Assembly: GCA_963753665.1 (NCBI GenBank)
Contig: CAVWDC010000030.1
Location: 58,034 to 122,033 of the forward strand
Length of the DNA: 64,000 nt
Direction of reading: 5' to 3'
Source: an uncultured Alphaproteobacteria bacterium
GTDB taxonomy: Bacteria; Pseudomonadota; Alphaproteobacteria; ATCC43930; CGMCC-115725
The notes under the pieces were generated by a model. The model was not told where the DNA came from. It saw only the letters and a program-made list of their open reading frames with translations, and searched no databases. The position numbers and the translations under genes are program-made. Positions 40,960-49,814 of this stretch are shown in pieces (positions within the stretch are counted from its first letter, which is position 1; every line of letters begins with the position of its first letter).

Positions 40960-42522
40960 ATGGCACTGGCGTTTGGCGATTGTCGGCTTGACCTCGCGCG
41001 CCGCGAGTTGCGCCGCGGCGGGGAAATCATCAGTCTAGAGCCTAAGGCGTTCGACCTGCTCGCGTTTCTCGTTCAGCATCGCGACCGGGTCATCAGCAAG
41101 GACGATCTGCTTCAGGAAGTATGGGGCGGGCGGATTGTCTCGGAATCGGCGCTGACGACGCGGATCAACGCGGTGCGCCGCGCGGTCGGCGACAATGGCG
41201 CGGCGCAGCTTCTGATCCGTACCATCACCCGTAAGGGCATCCGCTTCATCGGCGAGGTCACGGAACTGCCGGACTCGGCGACGCCGACCGCTATTCGCAT
41301 TACCGACTTGGCGCCACCGCCGGACAAGCCGTCGATCGCGGTGCTGCCATTCATCAATCTGAGCGGCGACCCCGAGCAGGATTATTTCGCAGACGGCATG
41401 GTTGAGGAGATCACCACCGCCATCGCGCGCTGCCCGTGGCTGTTCGTGATCGCCCGCACTTCCAGCTACACATACAAGGGCAAAACGATTGATGTGCGGC
41501 AGGTGGCGCGCGAGTTGGGCGTGCGCTATGTCCTTGAAGGCTCCGTGCGGAAATCGGCGGACCGGGTGCGTATCGCCGGCCAGCTGATCGACACAACCAC
41601 AGAAGCACACATCTGGGCCGAACGCTTCGATGGCACACGCGACGACGTGTTCGACTTGCAGGACCGGGTGGCCAGCGGCGTCGCCGGCGCGATCGAGCCC
41701 CGGCTCCACCTCGCCGAAATCGAGCGTGCCCGCCGGAAGCCGACCAATAATCTCGACGCCTACGATCTCTTCCTGCGCGCACAGGCGCAGATTTATGCAA
41801 AGAGAACCAAGGAGACCATTGAGGAGTCGATCCGACTGTCGCGGCAGGCGCTCGCGCTCGATCCGGACTACGCCATGGCCATGGCCAGAATCGCGCTGAG
41901 CCGGGGCATGCAGCTGTTGCGGTACTGGATCACGGCGGAAGGTCCAGAGGCCGAGGAGGGGATCCTTATGGCACGGCAGGCAATCGCCACCGGCGGCGAT
42001 GATCCCTGGGTGCTGGATTTTGCCGGGCTGGCGCTATCGATGCTTAGCGGCGACAACCATGCCGCGCTCAGCGCCCTCGAACACGCGATCCGCGTAAACC
42101 CGAATTTTGGCCTCGCCTTGGGCCATCGCGCGCTGGTTTTGGCCTGGCTCAATCGGCCCGACGAGGCGATCCAGTCGGCACACCAGGCAATCCGGCTGAG
42201 CCCGCGTGACCCCGCCATATGGTCCTTCTACTCGGCACTGGTTCTGGCCCACTTGGCCGCGGGGCGATACGAGGAAGGGCTGTACTGGTCCGAGGAGAGG
42301 CTGCGCGAAAACGCCGACGTGTGGGCGCTGCGTCACAAGCTGAGTCTATGCGGCCATTTGGGCCGGCTCGAAGAAGCCGGCGAGTGTCTGCGGCGGATCA
42401 GGAAAACCATGCCCGAGCCGACCGTCGCTTCCATGATGCAAGGCGTCAGCAAGGGGATGACTCCCGAGGTATTCGGCCGGTTCGCCGAAGGGCTGCGCAA
42501 GGCCGGCTTGCCGGAGAGCTAG
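40960..42522 (+). CDS. winged-helix (OmpR/CadC-type) DNA-binding protein with TPR C-terminal region
   Basis: 520 aa, intact: FGDCRLDLARRELRRGGEIISLEPKAFDLLAFLVQHRDRVISKDDLLQEVWGGRIVSESALTTRINAVRRAV. This is followed by PSIAVLPFINLSGDPEQDYFADGMVEEITTAI and TPR-like repeats. Confidence 0.85.
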   Translation: MALAFGDCRLDLARRELRRGGEIISLEPKAFDLLAFLVQHRDRVISKDDLLQEVWGGRIVSESALTTRINAVRRAVGDNGAAQLLIRTITRKGIRFIGEVTELPDSATPTAIRITDLAPPPDKPSIAVLPFINLSGDPEQDYFADGMVEEITTAIARCPWLFVIARTSSYTYKGKTIDVRQVARELGVRYVLEGSVRKSADRVRIAGQLIDTTTEAHIWAERFDGTRDDVFDLQDRVASGVAGAIEPRLHLAEIERARRKPTNNLDAYDLFLRAQAQIYAKRTKETIEESIRLSRQALALDPDYAMAMARIALSRGMQLLRYWITAEGPEAEEGILMARQAIATGGDDPWVLDFAGLALSMLSGDNHAALSALEHAIRVNPNFGLALGHRALVLAWLNRPDEAIQSAHQAIRLSPRDPAIWSFYSALVLAHLAAGRYEEGLYWSEERLRENADVWALRHKLSLCGHLGRLEEAGECLRRIRKTMPEPTVASMMQGVSKGMTPEVFGRFAEGLRKAGLPES

Positions 42523-42557
42523 GGACCGGTTCGCCGCCCGCCAATTTGCCAGTTCGA

Positions 42558-44229
42558 CTACGACCTGAGCACGGTGCCCGAAATTGCCCCGGTGGCGCGG
42601 CCGTCGGCGTAGGCGACGACGCCGTTGACGATCGTGTATTCGACGCCGCGCGACGGCATGACCATGCGCTTGGCGCCGCCCGGCAGGTCGAAGCGGCGCT
42701 CGCCGCGGCTCGCCGAGCCGATCGTGTCCGGGTCGAAGATCGCGATATCGGCCGCCTGCCCGACCGCGAGCCTGCCGCGCCCCTTGATGCCGAACAAATC
42801 GGCCGGCTGCGCAGTCAGCCGCGTTACCGCCTGCTCCAGCGTCATGATCTGGCGCTCGCGCACCCAGGTGCCGAGCAGATAGGTCGGGTAGCCGGCGTCG
42901 CACAGCATATCGACATGCGCGCCGCCATCACCCAACGCGATCAGCACCGACGGGTCGGTCAAATTGTCGGCGACCAGCTTCTCGTTGACGTTGAACTGGG
43001 CCAGCACGTAGCCGATGTCGAGCCCGTCCTCCAACGCCAGGTCGAGGAACGTGTCGAGCGGATCCTTGCCGCGCGCCTTCGCGACATCGGCGATCGTCCG
43101 GCCCTCGTACTGCTTCAGCTCGGGCTTCTGCACCTCGTGCACGGTGACGCGGCGCCAATCGCCGCTGAACCCGGTCGCCTTCTTCATCTCCTCGCGGAAT
43201 GCGTTGCGGAACGCCGGGTCGGCGTAGACGGCGCGTTGCGCCGCTTCCGACTTGTTCTCGAACACCCGGCCCCAGCTCTTTAAGGCCGCGAACGAGAACG
43301 GGTTGCGCATGTTGATCTCGCGGGTCAGCGCGAGCGGCGAGGTCTGCGGGGTCACACCGGGATAAGCGGCGGCGAGGCGGCGCGTCTCCGGGCAGGCCTC
43401 GGGGATGTCGTCGCGCTGAAACAGCGCCAGGAACGTCACCGGACGGCCGCTCTCGCGCGACAAAAAGCCGAGCAGGTCTTCCTCCTCGTCGCTGAGGACG
43501 GATATCTTCTGCGTCAGCGCGATCTCTATCGTGCCCTTGCCGGCGTCCTTCAGGGTATTGGCATAGGCCCTGAGCTCGTCGCGGCTGGCGTTGCGGCAGG
43601 CCAGCGGACGCGCCTGATAGCCCATGTGCTGGTTCAACACGGTGGTCGAGAAACCGAACGCGCCGTGACCGACCGCCTCGCGCAGCAGCGCTTGGATCTT
43701 CACGGTCTCGTCGCGGGTGGCGCCGCGCTCCATCGAGGCTTCGCCCATGACCCAATGGCGGAAACGGGGTAAGCGGCGCGAGAAAGGCGAGGTTGAGGGC
43801 CGACCCGCGCTGCTCGGCGGCGTCGAGAAACTCGGGGAAGGTCTGCCAGTCCCAGGTGATGCCGCGATCGAGCACCTCGAACGGAATACCCTCGACATTG
43901 ACGAGATCGCGCATCGCGATTTCGCGTGCCTCGGGTTGGCAGGGCGCGATGCCGACGCCGCAATTGCCCATCACCACCGAAGTGACGCCGTGCCACGAGG
44001 ACGGGCTGATCGCCGGGTCCCAGCAGATCTGCGCGTCGTAATGCGTGTGCGGGTCGATAAAACCGGGCGCGACGACGCAATCGGCCGCATCGATGACCTT
44101 CGCCGCGCCGTCGCCGATCCTGCCGATTTCGGCGATTTTTCCGTTTTTAACGGCGACATCGGCCTGGCGGCGCGGCGCTCCGGTGCCATCGATCACGGTG
44201 CCGTTCTTGATCAGCAGGTCGTGGGCCAT
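42558..44229 (-). CDS. N-acyl-D-amino-acid deacylase (D-aminoacylase, amidohydrolase superfamily), one frame change
   Basis: ORF 42928..44229 (MAHDLLIKNGTVIDGTG...APGFIDPHTHYD) joins ORF 42558..43898 (...FGFSTTVLNQH...IALGDGGAHVDMLCDAGYPTYLLG...) near 43770. Confidence 0.85.
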
Positions 44230-44425
44230 CGCCGCATCTCTCTCTGTTGCTGATGGCCTTGGTACCGCAATCCCGGCTTTGATGTGAAATGCAAAACGGC
44301 GATGTTTGTTGGTCGGTGGCTGCCGACCGGCCGGTCGTCAACCCGGATGATCTCCCAGCAGGAAAGCCCGGCGGTCCTGGCCTACAATGCTTCAGACACG
44401 ATTTGCCGGCCGGCGGCGGCTCGGG

Positions 44426-44575
44426 CTAGTCCGGCAGCGACAGGCTGAGATCGACAACGAAGCTGATTGCCGCGAGCAGTGCGAACAGGATCGCGATCAC
44501 CATGGCCCCGGCCGTGCCGTCATCGTCATGCGGACGAGCGGGCCGCGGGTGGTGAAAATATGCGGTGGGGTTCAT
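44426..44575 (-). CDS. small hypothetical membrane peptide (49 aa)
   Basis: GAGGAGG lies 5 nt upstream of ATG 44575. MNPTAYFHHPRPARPHDDDGTAGAMVIAILFALLAAISFVVDLSLSLPD-TAG has one hydrophobic helix. A decayed second copy lies at 45519-45596. It is too short to appear in the ORF track. Confidence 0.4.
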   Translation of the reverse strand: MNPTAYFHHPRPARPHDDDGTAGAMVIAILFALLAAISFVVDLSLSLPD

Positions 44576-44712
44576 CCCAACCTCCTCGCCAACGTCGTTG
44601 GCGTTTGCTGATACTCTCGTGAAACTTTACGCCTCGAACGCGGCCGGCATCCCGTATGCCTCCCGTATGTCAGGCATCCATTGCGCGAATGGCTCGGGCC
44701 GCTCTTTCGCGT
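44426..44712 (-). repeat. dispersed repeat, copy A (small ORF plus about 135 nt upstream region)
   Basis: Alignable by eye with 45519-45768. Shared blocks include gtgaaaRtatgcggtggg, tcccaaYctcctc, gcatcccgKatg, atRtcaggcatYcMttgcgcg, cggctctttc and the 3' block gtYgtcgaYctcaRcc. Confidence 0.75.
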
Positions 44713-44860
44713 TAGGTGACCGTTCTAGTCGTGGCCCCCAACCGGGCGGGGCAACGGCCCAAATCGCGAAGCGGCGTAACGGCGCCTGCACATATTAGCC
44801 GTTGAACGAAGCGGTCGCGGCCGAGGCCGATCCAAGGAAGGTAAAGCCCTTAGCGCCCTC

Positions 44861-45481
44861 TCAATCGAGCTTAGCCGGGGTGGAAGCCGGCTTCGTCGCG
44901 TCGAGCACGAACATGACGATCTGGTCGAGATTGCTAGTGCCGGCGCTGAACACTTCCATCGGCACATCGGGTCCGCGCCCGGCCATCGTCTGGCCCGCAT
45001 CGGCATAGGCGGTTCCGTACGGCGTCCGCTGCCCCACCCGCCCGGCCAGCACATAGAATGCTTCTGAACCCGGATGCGAGTGGATCGGAGTCTTGGCACC
45101 CGGCGGCCCGCTGGCATGATTGATGCGGAGCAGATATTCCGGGGCGGAAATCCGGGTGATTGGCCCGACCTCGGCGACCCTGGTTCCGCCGTGTGTCGCG
45201 GCCCCCTTGCTGCCCAACGTTAGCAGCCATGCCTTGCCGCTGATCTCGGCTGCGAGCGAGGTCGAGCCGGCGGCCTCCTGCGCCTTAGTCAGGCTCGGGA
45301 AGCTTTCGACGAGCCAGTACAGCTCGCCGCCCGGAAGCTCCTTGACCTTCTTTTCGACGACCGGCGTGACAACGAATTTCGCGTCCGCTGCCAGCCCGGC
45401 GGAGAGCGTCAGAAAGCCGATCGCGGATAGGGACAGGCACAGCAAAAGTGCGCGGCAGTTACCATACTTTTGCCGTTTCAT
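44861..45481 (-). CDS. secreted cupin-domain protein
   Basis: ATG 45481 follows GGAGGC: MKRQKYGNCRALLLCLSLSAIGFLTLSAGLAADA signal peptide, then ...PIHSHPGSEAFYVLAGRVGQ (cupin motif). The upper part of listed ORF 44861..45760 is leader, not coding. Confidence 0.75.
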   Translation of the reverse strand: MKRQKYGNCRALLLCLSLSAIGFLTLSAGLAADAKFVVTPVVEKKVKELPGGELYWLVESFPSLTKAQEAAGSTSLAAEISGKAWLLTLGSKGAATHGGTRVAEVGPITRISAPEYLLRINHASGPPGAKTPIHSHPGSEAFYVLAGRVGQRTPYGTAYADAGQTMAGRGPDVPMEVFSAGTSNLDQIVMFVLDATKPASTPAKLD

Positions 45482-45518
45482 GGCGGCCTCCCAAAATTCC
45501 CTCTTACGATGGATCGAG

Positions 45519-45596
45519 CTACTTGGGTCGCGACGGGTTGAGGTCGACGACCAAGTGATTTTCGCGAGCAGCGTGAAAGTATGCGGTGGGATCCGT
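45519..45596 (-). pseudogene. decayed copy of the 49-aa membrane-peptide gene
   Basis: The SD GAGGAGA is retained but the start is ACG. It reads TDPTAYFH-AARENHLVVDLNPSRPK-TAG. The two ends align with MNPTAYFH... and ...ISFVVDLSLSLPD of copy A. The middle, including most of the TM helix, is deleted. Confidence 0.5.
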
Positions 45597-45768
45597 CCCA
45601 ATCTCCTCACCACATTCCTTTGGCGATACTTGTGTCGGATTTTTCGCTCGGGACGCCGCGCGCATCCCGGATGTCCTAGGATATCAGGCATTCCTTGCGC
45701 GCATCCCTCCGCCGCCGTTCGCCCGCAACTGCGACGTGCGTCACGGCTCTTTCTCCGCACGGCTCGGA
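45519..45768 (-). repeat. dispersed repeat, copy B (upstream of the cupin gene)
   Basis: Same element as 44426-44712. It has an internal deletion of about 66 nt in the ORF part and an extra segment near 45700-45740. Confidence 0.75.
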
Positions 45769-45819
45769 TGCTTAAGATCGCGCGGCTCCCTGCAAGCCGC
45801 CCAGCGCGGAGGATGGCCC

Positions 45820-46836
45820 GTGACGATCCGCTCCCCCTACCTGCTGTTCATCGGCGATGCGCCCGACCAGCTCGCGGCCAAGACAGCCGACGGGATCGCG
45901 TACTGGCGCCCGGAAATCTGTCGCGGTCAGCTGCGCCTGCCGGGCTGCAAGGCCGACCTGCGGCTCCCCGACATGACTGTCGACGAGGCCGCCGGCGCCG
46001 GGGTCAAGACGATGATCGTCGGCACGACAAACCGCGGCGGTGTGCTCGGAGAGGGCTGGGAAGACCTGCTGCTGCACGCGCTGGAACTCGGCATGGATCT
46101 GGCCAGTGGGCTGCATCATCGTCTGACCGACATACCAGCATTGCGCGAGACGGCGGCGGGGCTCGGACGCCAAATCCACGACGTGCGCCATCCGACCCGC
46201 GAGTTCGCGGTCGGCAACGGCATCAAGCGGCCCGGTAAGCGCCTCTTAACGGTCGGCACCGATTGCTCGATCGGCAAGATGTTCACCGCGCTAGCGCTCG
46301 AAAAGGAGATGCGGGCACGCGGCACCAAGGCGGATTTTCGCGCCACCGGCCAGACCGGCATCTTCATCGCCGGCGACGGCGTCTCGATCGACGCGGTCGT
46401 CTCCGATTTCGTCTCGGGCGCGGTCGAATGGCTCTGTCCGGCGAACGACCCCGACCACTGGGACCTGATCGAAGGCCAGGGTTCGCTGTTTCACGCCTCC
46501 TATGCCGGGGTCACGTTGAGCCTGATCCACGGCGCCCAGCCCGACGCGCTGGTGATGTGCCACGAGCCGACCCGGAAGCACATGCGCGGCCTGCCGAATT
46601 ACAAGCTCCCCGACTTGAAGCTGTGCATCGAGCGCAATGTCGAGGCGGCGCAGCTGACCAACCCGGCTGTCCGCTGTATCGGGATCAGCGTCAATACCTC
46701 GGGGCTCGACCCGGCGGCGGCGCGCGACTACCTGCGCCGTACCGAGGACGAGCTGGGGCTCCCCTGCGTCGATCCGATGCGCACCGGTGTCGGCGCGATT
46801 GTCGATCGGCTGGGCATCGATCGGCCGGCTGGCTGA
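45820..46836 (+). CDS. DUF1611 family protein (DgcN-like)
   Basis: GTG 45820 follows GGAGGA: VTIRSPYLLFIGDAPDQLAAKTA...LTVGTDCSIGKMFTALALEKEM...LIEGQGSLFHASYAGVTLSLIHG. Intact, and paired with the epimerase as is usual for this family. Confidence 0.8.
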   Translation: MTIRSPYLLFIGDAPDQLAAKTADGIAYWRPEICRGQLRLPGCKADLRLPDMTVDEAAGAGVKTMIVGTTNRGGVLGEGWEDLLLHALELGMDLASGLHHRLTDIPALRETAAGLGRQIHDVRHPTREFAVGNGIKRPGKRLLTVGTDCSIGKMFTALALEKEMRARGTKADFRATGQTGIFIAGDGVSIDAVVSDFVSGAVEWLCPANDPDHWDLIEGQGSLFHASYAGVTLSLIHGAQPDALVMCHEPTRKHMRGLPNYKLPDLKLCIERNVEAAQLTNPAVRCIGISVNTSGLDPAAARDYLRRTEDELGLPCVDPMRTGVGAIVDRLGIDRPAG

Positions 46837-46842
46837 GCCGGC

Positions 46843-47835
46843 ATGGCGCCGCACCCGCAGCGTCTCACGGTCGCGCGGCGCGCGTGGCCGCTGGCGGCGC
46901 CGTTCGCGATCTCGCGCGGCAGCAAGACCAGCGCCGAGGTCGTTATCGCCGAGATCTTCGACGGCGAGTTTCGCGGGCGCGGCGAATGCGTGCCGTATCC
47001 GCGCTATGGCGAGAGCATCGACAGCGTCGTCGCCGCGCTCGAAGCAATGAAAGGCCCGGTGTTTTCCGGGCTCGACCGGCGCGAATTGCAGCGCGTGATG
47101 CCGCCCGGGGCGGCGCGCAACGCGCTCGACTGCGCGTTCTGGGATCTCGACGCCAAACGCGACAATTGCCGCGCCGCAGACCTCGCCGGCATCGCCGCGA
47201 TGCGTCCCGTCGTCACCGCCTATACGCTGAGCCTCGGAACGCCGGAACGGATGGCCGAAGCCGCCGCGTCGCAGCGGCACCGGCCGCTGCTGAAGCTGAA
47301 GCTAAGCGGCGACGATGACATCGAGCGGGTGCGCGCGGTGCGCGACGCGGCTCCGGCGGCGCGGCTGATCGTCGATCCGAACGAAGGCTGGCGCGAGCGG
47401 CACCTGTCGGAAGTCATGCCGGCGCTGGCCGGGCTCGGAGTGGCGCTGATCGAACAACCGCTGCCGGCCGAGCATGACGATGCGCTCGCGCATGTACCGC
47501 ACCCGATCCCGATCTGCGCCGACGAAGCCTGTCATACGACGGCCGATCTCGACCGCCTCGCTGGTAAATACGACGCCGTCAACGTCAAGCTCGACAAGGC
47601 CGGCGGTCTGACCGAGGCGCTGGCGCTTGCCGCCGCGGCGCGCGACCGCGGCTTCACGGTCATGGTCGGCTGCATGATCGGCACGTCCCTGGCGATGGCG
47701 CCGGCGATGCTGGTGGCGCAGCAGGCCGCAATCGTGGATCTAGACGCGCCGCTGCTGCTCGCCGCCGACCGCGTGCCCGGCCTGCGCTACGACGGCAGCA
47801 CGGTCTATCCGCCCGAACCGAAATTATGGGGCTGA
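46843..47835 (+). CDS. enolase-superfamily dipeptide epimerase (L-Ala-D/L-Glu epimerase-like / DgcA-like)
   Basis: 330 aa, intact: FAISRGSKTSAEVVIAEI...RGRGECVPYPRYGES...KLKL...IVDPNEGW...IEQPLP...ADEAC...NVKLDKAGGLTEA. Confidence 0.85.
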   Translation: MAPHPQRLTVARRAWPLAAPFAISRGSKTSAEVVIAEIFDGEFRGRGECVPYPRYGESIDSVVAALEAMKGPVFSGLDRRELQRVMPPGAARNALDCAFWDLDAKRDNCRAADLAGIAAMRPVVTAYTLSLGTPERMAEAAASQRHRPLLKLKLSGDDDIERVRAVRDAAPAARLIVDPNEGWRERHLSEVMPALAGLGVALIEQPLPAEHDDALAHVPHPIPICADEACHTTADLDRLAGKYDAVNVKLDKAGGLTEALALAAAARDRGFTVMVGCMIGTSLAMAPAMLVAQQAAIVDLDAPLLLAADRVPGLRYDGSTVYPPEPKLWG

Positions 47836-47879
47836 GGACGATGAACGTCTCGCCCGGTGAGCGCCCAGGGGAGCACGAC

Positions 47880-48467
47880 ATGCTGATCGTGACCGACCCG
47901 CAGCGCGATTTCTGCCCCGGCGGCGCTCTTGCCGTGCCGCACGGCGACGAGATCATCCCGACGGTCAACCGGCTCGCGCGGCGCTTCGCGCATGTCACCA
48001 TCACCCAGGACTGGCATCCGCCGGGGCACACCTCGTTCGCGAGCGCCCATGTGGAGCGCGCGCCGTTCGACACGGTCGAACTCGATTACGGCCCGCAGAC
48101 CTTGTGGCCCGACCATTGCGTGCAGGGCACTCCGGGGGCGGCGTTTCACCCTGGTCTTGACGTTCCGCATGCCGAGCTGGTCATTCGCAAGGGCTTCCAC
48201 CGCACGATCAACTCGTATTCGGCGTTTCGCGAAAACGACCGCAAAACGCCGACCGGTCTCGCCGGCTACCTGCGCGAGCGCGGCTTCGAGCGGGTAACGC
48301 TGTGCGGTCTGGCAACCGATTTCTGCGTGTTCTACTCGGCGATCGACGCGCGCGCAGCGGGGTTCGCGGTGGTGGTCGATCTCGAGGCGTCGCGCGCCAT
48401 CGACCTCGACGGCTCGCTGTCCCGGGCGCTTGCGGCGATGCGCGAGGCTGGCGTCGAACTGCACTGA
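47880..48467 (+). CDS. pncA: nicotinamidase/pyrazinamidase
   Basis: MLIVTDPQRDFCPGGALAV...TQDWHPPGHTSF...WPDHCVQGTPGA...LCGLATDFCV. I prefer ATG 47880 (GGGGAG 6 nt upstream) over the listed 47826 or 47841. Confidence 0.88.
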   Translation: MLIVTDPQRDFCPGGALAVPHGDEIIPTVNRLARRFAHVTITQDWHPPGHTSFASAHVERAPFDTVELDYGPQTLWPDHCVQGTPGAAFHPGLDVPHAELVIRKGFHRTINSYSAFRENDRKTPTGLAGYLRERGFERVTLCGLATDFCVFYSAIDARAAGFAVVVDLEASRAIDLDGSLSRALAAMREAGVELH

Positions 48468-48511
48468 CTATTCGGCAATTAACGGGCCGGAAAATCCGGA
48501 AAATAACGGGA

Positions 48512-49339
48512 TCAAGTCCGCACCAGTCCTTCGAAATAATCGTCGATCGCGCGCACCAGAGCCTGAGCGAGCCGGCGCTGATGGGAACGGGTCGGCAGCA
48601 GCTTTTCCTCCTCCGGATTCGACAGGCAGCCGATCTCGACCAGGGCCGAAGGTATATCGGGCGCGCTCAGCACGGCAAAATCCGCCGAGCGGTGCGGCTT
48701 GGGGAGCAGCCGGACGTCACGGCCGGCCTGGGCGACGAGCGCGCGCGCCAGCGCAAGCGAGCGTTTGTCCGTCTCCCGCCGCGCGAGATCGAGCAGGATT
48801 GCGCCGATGACCGGCGGCTGCCTCGAGAGCTTGACGCCGGGGACGAAATCGTCCCGGTTTTCGCGCGAGGCCAGGAGCGCCGTCTCGCGGTCGGAGGCCT
48901 CGGTCGACAGCGTATAAACCGACAGACCGCCGATTGCCGCTTCGGGCAGCGCGTCGGCATGGATCGACAACAGCAGCTCGGCCCGGTAGCGGCGCGCCCG
49001 CGCGACGCGTTCGCGCAGCTTAACGAAGACATCCCGCCGCCGGGTCAGCTCGACCCGATACCGGCCCGACGCCTTCAGCTGACGCTCCAGTTCGCGGGCC
49101 ATCGCCAGCGTCACGGTTTTTTCCTTAATGCCGTGCGGACTGATCGCGCCGGGATCGACGCCGCCGTGTCCGGGATCGAGCGCAACCGTGCGCGGCTTGC
49201 GTTTGGGTTTGGGGACGTCGCCTAGCCGCTTGCGCTCCGTTCGCGCGCGCGGCTCCGCCGCGTCGGCAGCCCACCCGCCGATCGCGATGCCGGCGACAAG
49301 CGCCAGCAGCACCCGCCGGGCGATCGTCGTGTCCCGCAT
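48512..49339 (-). CDS. N-acetylmuramoyl-L-alanine amidase (Amidase_3 family)
   Basis: 275 aa, intact, with a signal-like N-terminus: VALDPGHGGVDPGAISPHGIKEKTVTLAMAREL...LLLSIHADAL...VEIGCLSNPEEE. Confidence 0.88.
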   Translation of the reverse strand: MRDTTIARRVLLALVAGIAIGGWAADAAEPRARTERKRLGDVPKPKRKPRTVALDPGHGGVDPGAISPHGIKEKTVTLAMARELERQLKASGRYRVELTRRRDVFVKLRERVARARRYRAELLLSIHADALPEAAIGGLSVYTLSTEASDRETALLASRENRDDFVPGVKLSRQPPVIGAILLDLARRETDKRSLALARALVAQAGRDVRLLPKPHRSADFAVLSAPDIPSALVEIGCLSNPEEEKLLPTRSHQRRLAQALVRAIDDYFEGLVRT

Positions 49340-49415
49340 ACCCCGTCCCCCGGCGGCGCCCTCTCCGGGACAGGAGGACGACCGATCACCGGGGCATTAT
49401 CCGGCGTTCGGGCTG

Positions 49416-49754
49416 CTAGTACCAGCGCCAACGCCGGATCGGTTCATCAGGCGTTCCGTTGGCCCGCCCCGCGACGGCCTCTGGGTCCGTAGCGCCCCCG
49501 CGCCGCGACGCACCGATCCACCCGAGACAGAGTCTTATCCACCTCCGTGGCCCGCCCTCGACCGCGTTCTCCCCACGCAGCGCCGCCATCCCGTGTCGCC
49601 GATAGGCGGCAACCAGGCGCGCCACATGCTGCTCGTCAATGCCGAACGGCGCCGCCGCCTCTTCCGGGGTCCAGCGATCGACCAGCACCCGTTGCACGAT
49701 CAGCCCTCGCTGTGCCGCCGCGAGCTTGCGTTTCTGCACTGATTTCTTAAGCAT
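49416..49754 (-). CDS. helix-turn-helix protein (resembles the N-terminal HTH of IS481-type transposases / DUF1153-like), stand-alone
   Basis: MLKKSVQKRKLAAAQRGLIVQRVLVDRWTPEEAAAPFGIDEQHVARLVAAYRRHGMAALRGE. The C-terminal third is Arg/Gly-rich and may be out of frame. It lies directly upstream of the amidase on the same strand. Confidence 0.5.
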   Translation of the reverse strand: MLKKSVQKRKLAAAQRGLIVQRVLVDRWTPEEAAAPFGIDEQHVARLVAAYRRHGMAALRGENAVEGGPRRWIRLCLGWIGASRRGGATDPEAVAGRANGTPDEPIRRWRWY

Positions 49755-49814
49755 CTCTTGTACCCACACCGGCTTTCCAGTGAAACGCCGGCCGGGCGGG
49801 AGTTGTCCCGAGAC

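Noticed and set aside
49416-49754. HTH protein resembling an IS481-type transposase N-terminus, as a possible mobile element.
   Set aside because: No DDE catalytic domain, no terminal inverted repeats and no target duplication are visible. It looks like a stand-alone regulator upstream of the amidase.
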